A DNA stretch of 32,000 nucleotides from Paramicrosporidium saccamoebae KSL3 (lineage: Eukaryota; Fungi; Cryptomycota). Within the stretch, counting starts at the first letter, position 1; each line of letters starts with the position of its first letter. The notes beneath the pieces were generated by a model that had not been told where the DNA came from, made no database searches, and saw only the letters and a program-made list of their open reading frames with translations. Of this stretch, positions 29,485 to 32,000 are shown piece by piece. The position numbers and the translations under genes are program-made. The DNA is taken from NCBI GenBank assembly GCA_002794465.1, contig MTSL01000219.1, positions 84,374 to 116,373 on the forward strand. The letters run 5' to 3'.

Positions 29485-29588
29485 GGGTGACGTGCGACAG
29501 GGGAGGGCGCATGAAGAACTACCGAGTGTTATGTGGATGACTGTGAAAGAGTGTAATAATGATCCACACATGAAATGCAGTATCCGCC

Positions 29589-29664
29589 TTATCCACTTTA
29601 TTCACCTTGTTCACATTATCCACATTATCCCACACATTATCCACATTATCCCACACATTACACA
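29589..29664. repeat. Degenerate 9/12-bp tandem repeat (TTATCCACA / TTATCCCACACA) between the CTL and HUT1 genes
   Basis: ttatccact ttattcacc ttgttcaca ttatccaca ttatcccacaca ttatccaca ttatcccacaca ttacaca. Confidence 0.85.
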
Positions 29665-29720
29665 AGATTAGTACGCATTTATAAATGATGTACAGTACAC
29701 GCTTATAGTTATGGTCTATG

Positions 29721-31544
29721 TTACATTGTCCCTTCCGTTGTGATCCTATGCGAAAAAGCCTGGTGGACTGAATGACTGTGCAGCTTTTCAGTGTCCAGGT
29801 CAATAGCAAAACACACAAAGCTCGCATCCATCGTATCACTAAAGATTCCTGTGAAGAATCGCAGCACATACCAAGTCAGCAGGGAGAAGAGCATGGCAGC
29901 ATTGAATCCGTATTGGGACTGCAGTCCATGTGCAACGAAAATGTAACTGAACAGTCCAGTGATCGCCGCCACTGCCGTAGTGGAAATGGTAAACAATAGC
30001 ACCGCCAGGGCGTCCGTTGTAAAGGACAACAACATGTTCCGTCGGAATACCTTGAACAGTGTCCTGCCAGCAGACCAGAATCCTTCGCCGGTCAAGGCCA
30101 CCGTGTACAGTGCCAGATCTGACAAATGCTCCACAAGGCGTTCGACAAATCCAAAGAACAGGGTGACACTTCTCAGAACAGTGGAGACTACGCCGCTATC
30201 AAATCTGGAGGCGACATAGTGGTAGAATTGGAAGAATAATCTCGCCATACGCACCATGCTAAGGATAAGCGAGGCAATACAAATCTGTCCAAAGAATGTC
30301 GTCATGGCTGCATGGAGAGACGACCACACTGAACTAGTTTGTTCCAACTCGTCGGGATCGGCGCGGAAAAAGTACCATCGGCCAACTACTCCGCCAATCA
30401 AACACTTTTGCACTCCTGAAAAGATGAGCGATGTCCAGACCAGCATGAAAACGAGGTAGGCCTGCAGGTAGTATGAGAATCTGGAGAGGTGCCAGACGTG
30501 ATGAGAGGGGTCCACATAGCCCAGCATCAGTGTGTGCACGTAGAACAGCAGCCAAACGGCAATGAAACACAAGTATGAGACAAATAGTACAAAAGAAGCC
30601 ACATAAATGCCCGGATTGGAACTCAGCACTTCAGAAGTCATTTTGATAATTTCAACTGTATGGCGGACATTTTTGCGATTTGCAACTATAAACATTCCAG
30701 AAAGTGCAGCAGCACTCAGTCCGGCCACCGCCGCCAAAAGCAGCCAGAAACCACCACCCACATCAGCGTGCAGAAATTCAAGTAGGGCCCACCCGCCAGC
30801 AGCCAAGGCAGAGAGGGGCGCAAAATACAACATCATTGTGACAATTTCGGTCGTAAACCAGCGCAATAACAGCGCCCACAACACTGAAACGACACTCCCC
30901 ACACCGATGGCCGAGACCAAGATCCAACTGGAATCTACAATGGCCCTAAACATGCTGCTCCCTCGGATAATGTGATCCCTCAATTCGGTCGGATAAACAA
31001 AACATAGAAGCAGTCCCGTCGCCATCATTATTGCAAACATTATCCAAAACACCATTGCCGCCACTCCGTCCTTCCGACTTACCGGCCCATTCAACGCCGG
31101 AAAGAGAGCTGCCTTTCTGCTCGTTGGTAATAGCTCCTCTAACAACGGCTCCCGAAGTAGCCGTCGTCCAGTGAATTCTTTGCGACGGCCTCGCATGTAC
31201 GGGTCAATGTCTACCTCGGAGAGCCATTTCTTGGGGAGGGCGGACTGGGCACGCAGGTGGCCCATGTAGCTCGAATGCGCTGACGTAGTCAACGAGTCGT
31301 CATCAAGAAATGTCGTTTCGGTTTCTGAAAGCGGGAGGGATGGCGTGTTGGCGTTGAATGAGAGATAGCCATGTACGGCGGGGAGTATTGAAGGTCCGGC
31401 AGAGTCGTCTTGCCACGGCGAGGGTTCCTCTGGTATTCCTGCGATAGGCTCAATCAAGTGGGAATGCTCAGTGGCGTCATAGTAGACTGAGTTTTGCGCA
31501 GATGGGTTTGTTTCTCCCTCTCTCCGCTTCTCCCCTCCTGCCAT
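29721..31544 (-). CDS. Choline-transporter-like (CTL/SLC44/Pns1 family) multi-pass membrane protein, 607 aa
   Basis: About ten hydrophobic segments, with GGVVGRWYF, FFGQICIASLILS, YTVALTGEGFWSAG and DTMDASFVCFAID. Confidence 0.85.
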   Translation of the reverse strand: MAGGEKRREGETNPSAQNSVYYDATEHSHLIEPIAGIPEEPSPWQDDSAGPSILPAVHGYLSFNANTPSLPLSETETTFLDDDSLTTSAHSSYMGHLRAQSALPKKWLSEVDIDPYMRGRRKEFTGRRLLREPLLEELLPTSRKAALFPALNGPVSRKDGVAAMVFWIMFAIMMATGLLLCFVYPTELRDHIIRGSSMFRAIVDSSWILVSAIGVGSVVSVLWALLLRWFTTEIVTMMLYFAPLSALAAGGWALLEFLHADVGGGFWLLLAAVAGLSAAALSGMFIVANRKNVRHTVEIIKMTSEVLSSNPGIYVASFVLFVSYLCFIAVWLLFYVHTLMLGYVDPSHHVWHLSRFSYYLQAYLVFMLVWTSLIFSGVQKCLIGGVVGRWYFFRADPDELEQTSSVWSSLHAAMTTFFGQICIASLILSMVRMARLFFQFYHYVASRFDSGVVSTVLRSVTLFFGFVERLVEHLSDLALYTVALTGEGFWSAGRTLFKVFRRNMLLSFTTDALAVLLFTISTTAVAAITGLFSYIFVAHGLQSQYGFNAAMLFSLLTWYVLRFFTGIFSDTMDASFVCFAIDLDTEKLHSHSVHQAFSHRITTEGTM

Positions 31545-31738
31545 TACCCGAATCCACCAACCAATTCCAGTCTATATGCCATGCGTGTCCAGCCAATCAA
31601 CTACCAACTCTTAGCTACTAGTTATCAACTATCACAACCATCAACGCCACCTTCAACCAATCCTAAGGACAAGCAGTTTATTAGTGCTAAGCAGAGAAAG
31701 TGAGTAATTACAGTAGATGTATACAGGACTAGTAGGTG

Positions 31739-32000
31739 CTAGAACTTTTCCAGTTGCGATTTGAACACCTTTGGGTTACTCTCTTGCAAGCGGGCCCTAT
31801 CGTGGCTCTGATAGTCAAATTTACATCCATGTTGGTCTCCATATCGATGTGTCTGGCAATATGTCCCTTCACAACGGCATTTGAATTGCAAAGCGAGTCT
31901 GCATTTTCTCCCACATTGTCCACATCGACCCGGAGCCTTGCTTTCTTCAGCCACAACGACCGTAGCTACGGGTGCTGCCTTTACGGGTGACTCTGGGTCA
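31739..32000 (-). CDS. AN1-type zinc-finger protein (ZFAND / stress-associated-protein-like); 5' end lies beyond the right edge
   Basis: RCGQCGRKCRLALQFKCRCEGTYCQTHRYGDQHGCKFDY...NPKV. The frame is open to the window edge (DPESPVKAAPVATVVV-AEESK). Confidence 0.88.
   Translation of the reverse strand, partial: DPESPVKAAPVATVVVAEESKAPGRCGQCGRKCRLALQFKCRCEGTYCQTHRYGDQHGCKFDYQSHDRARLQESNPKVFKSQLEKF

Noticed and set aside
29519-29869. 116-aa ORF with NVWDNVDNV repeats, or a bacterial oriC-like DnaA-box cluster
   Set aside because: The ORF overlaps the CTL 3' end out of frame and has no recognisable domain. There are no bacterial genes or AT-rich unwinding element nearby.
1-32000. Mobile elements, rRNA, tRNA, snRNA or a prokaryotic defence island
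   Set aside because: I saw no transposase, reverse transcriptase or integrase motifs, terminal repeats, or recognisable structured-RNA signatures by eye. An Infernal/tRNAscan run would be needed to exclude small RNAs in the gaps.

Overview
This is gene-dense eukaryotic nuclear DNA, not prokaryotic. About 24 protein-coding genes are packed with gaps often under 100 bp and interrupted by very short GT-AG spliceosomal introns (15 resolved by hand, 29-38 nt). Most genes are housekeeping: V-ATPase A, Fcf2, Eaf6, Rpt1, SmE, Sus1, Gid7/WDR26, Vps9, Rpc82, Sad1, Gpi1, Fan1, Ash2, Rpn8, Hut1, a choline-transporter-like protein and an AN1 zinc finger. Several genes are missing or fragmented in the ORF track (GH19 chitinase, SmE, Sus1, and the 5' exons of seven genes) and were rebuilt here by manual translation. 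The mix of compaction, tiny introns, a retinoblastoma-family pocket protein, a GH19 chitinase and a mitoribosomal pseudo-SOD suggests an early-diverging fungal relative (Rozellomycota/Cryptomycota-like, e.g. Paramicrosporidium); that assignment is inference only. The most notable items are a minimal Rb, a secreted GH19 chitinase, a prominin/tweety-like pentaspan protein, a 39-bp tandem array with a synonymous-change bias that overlaps the RPC82 stop, and a candidate unannotated spliced micro-protein. I found no rRNA, tRNA, CRISPR array or mobile element. All family assignments are motif recognition from memory, with no database search.
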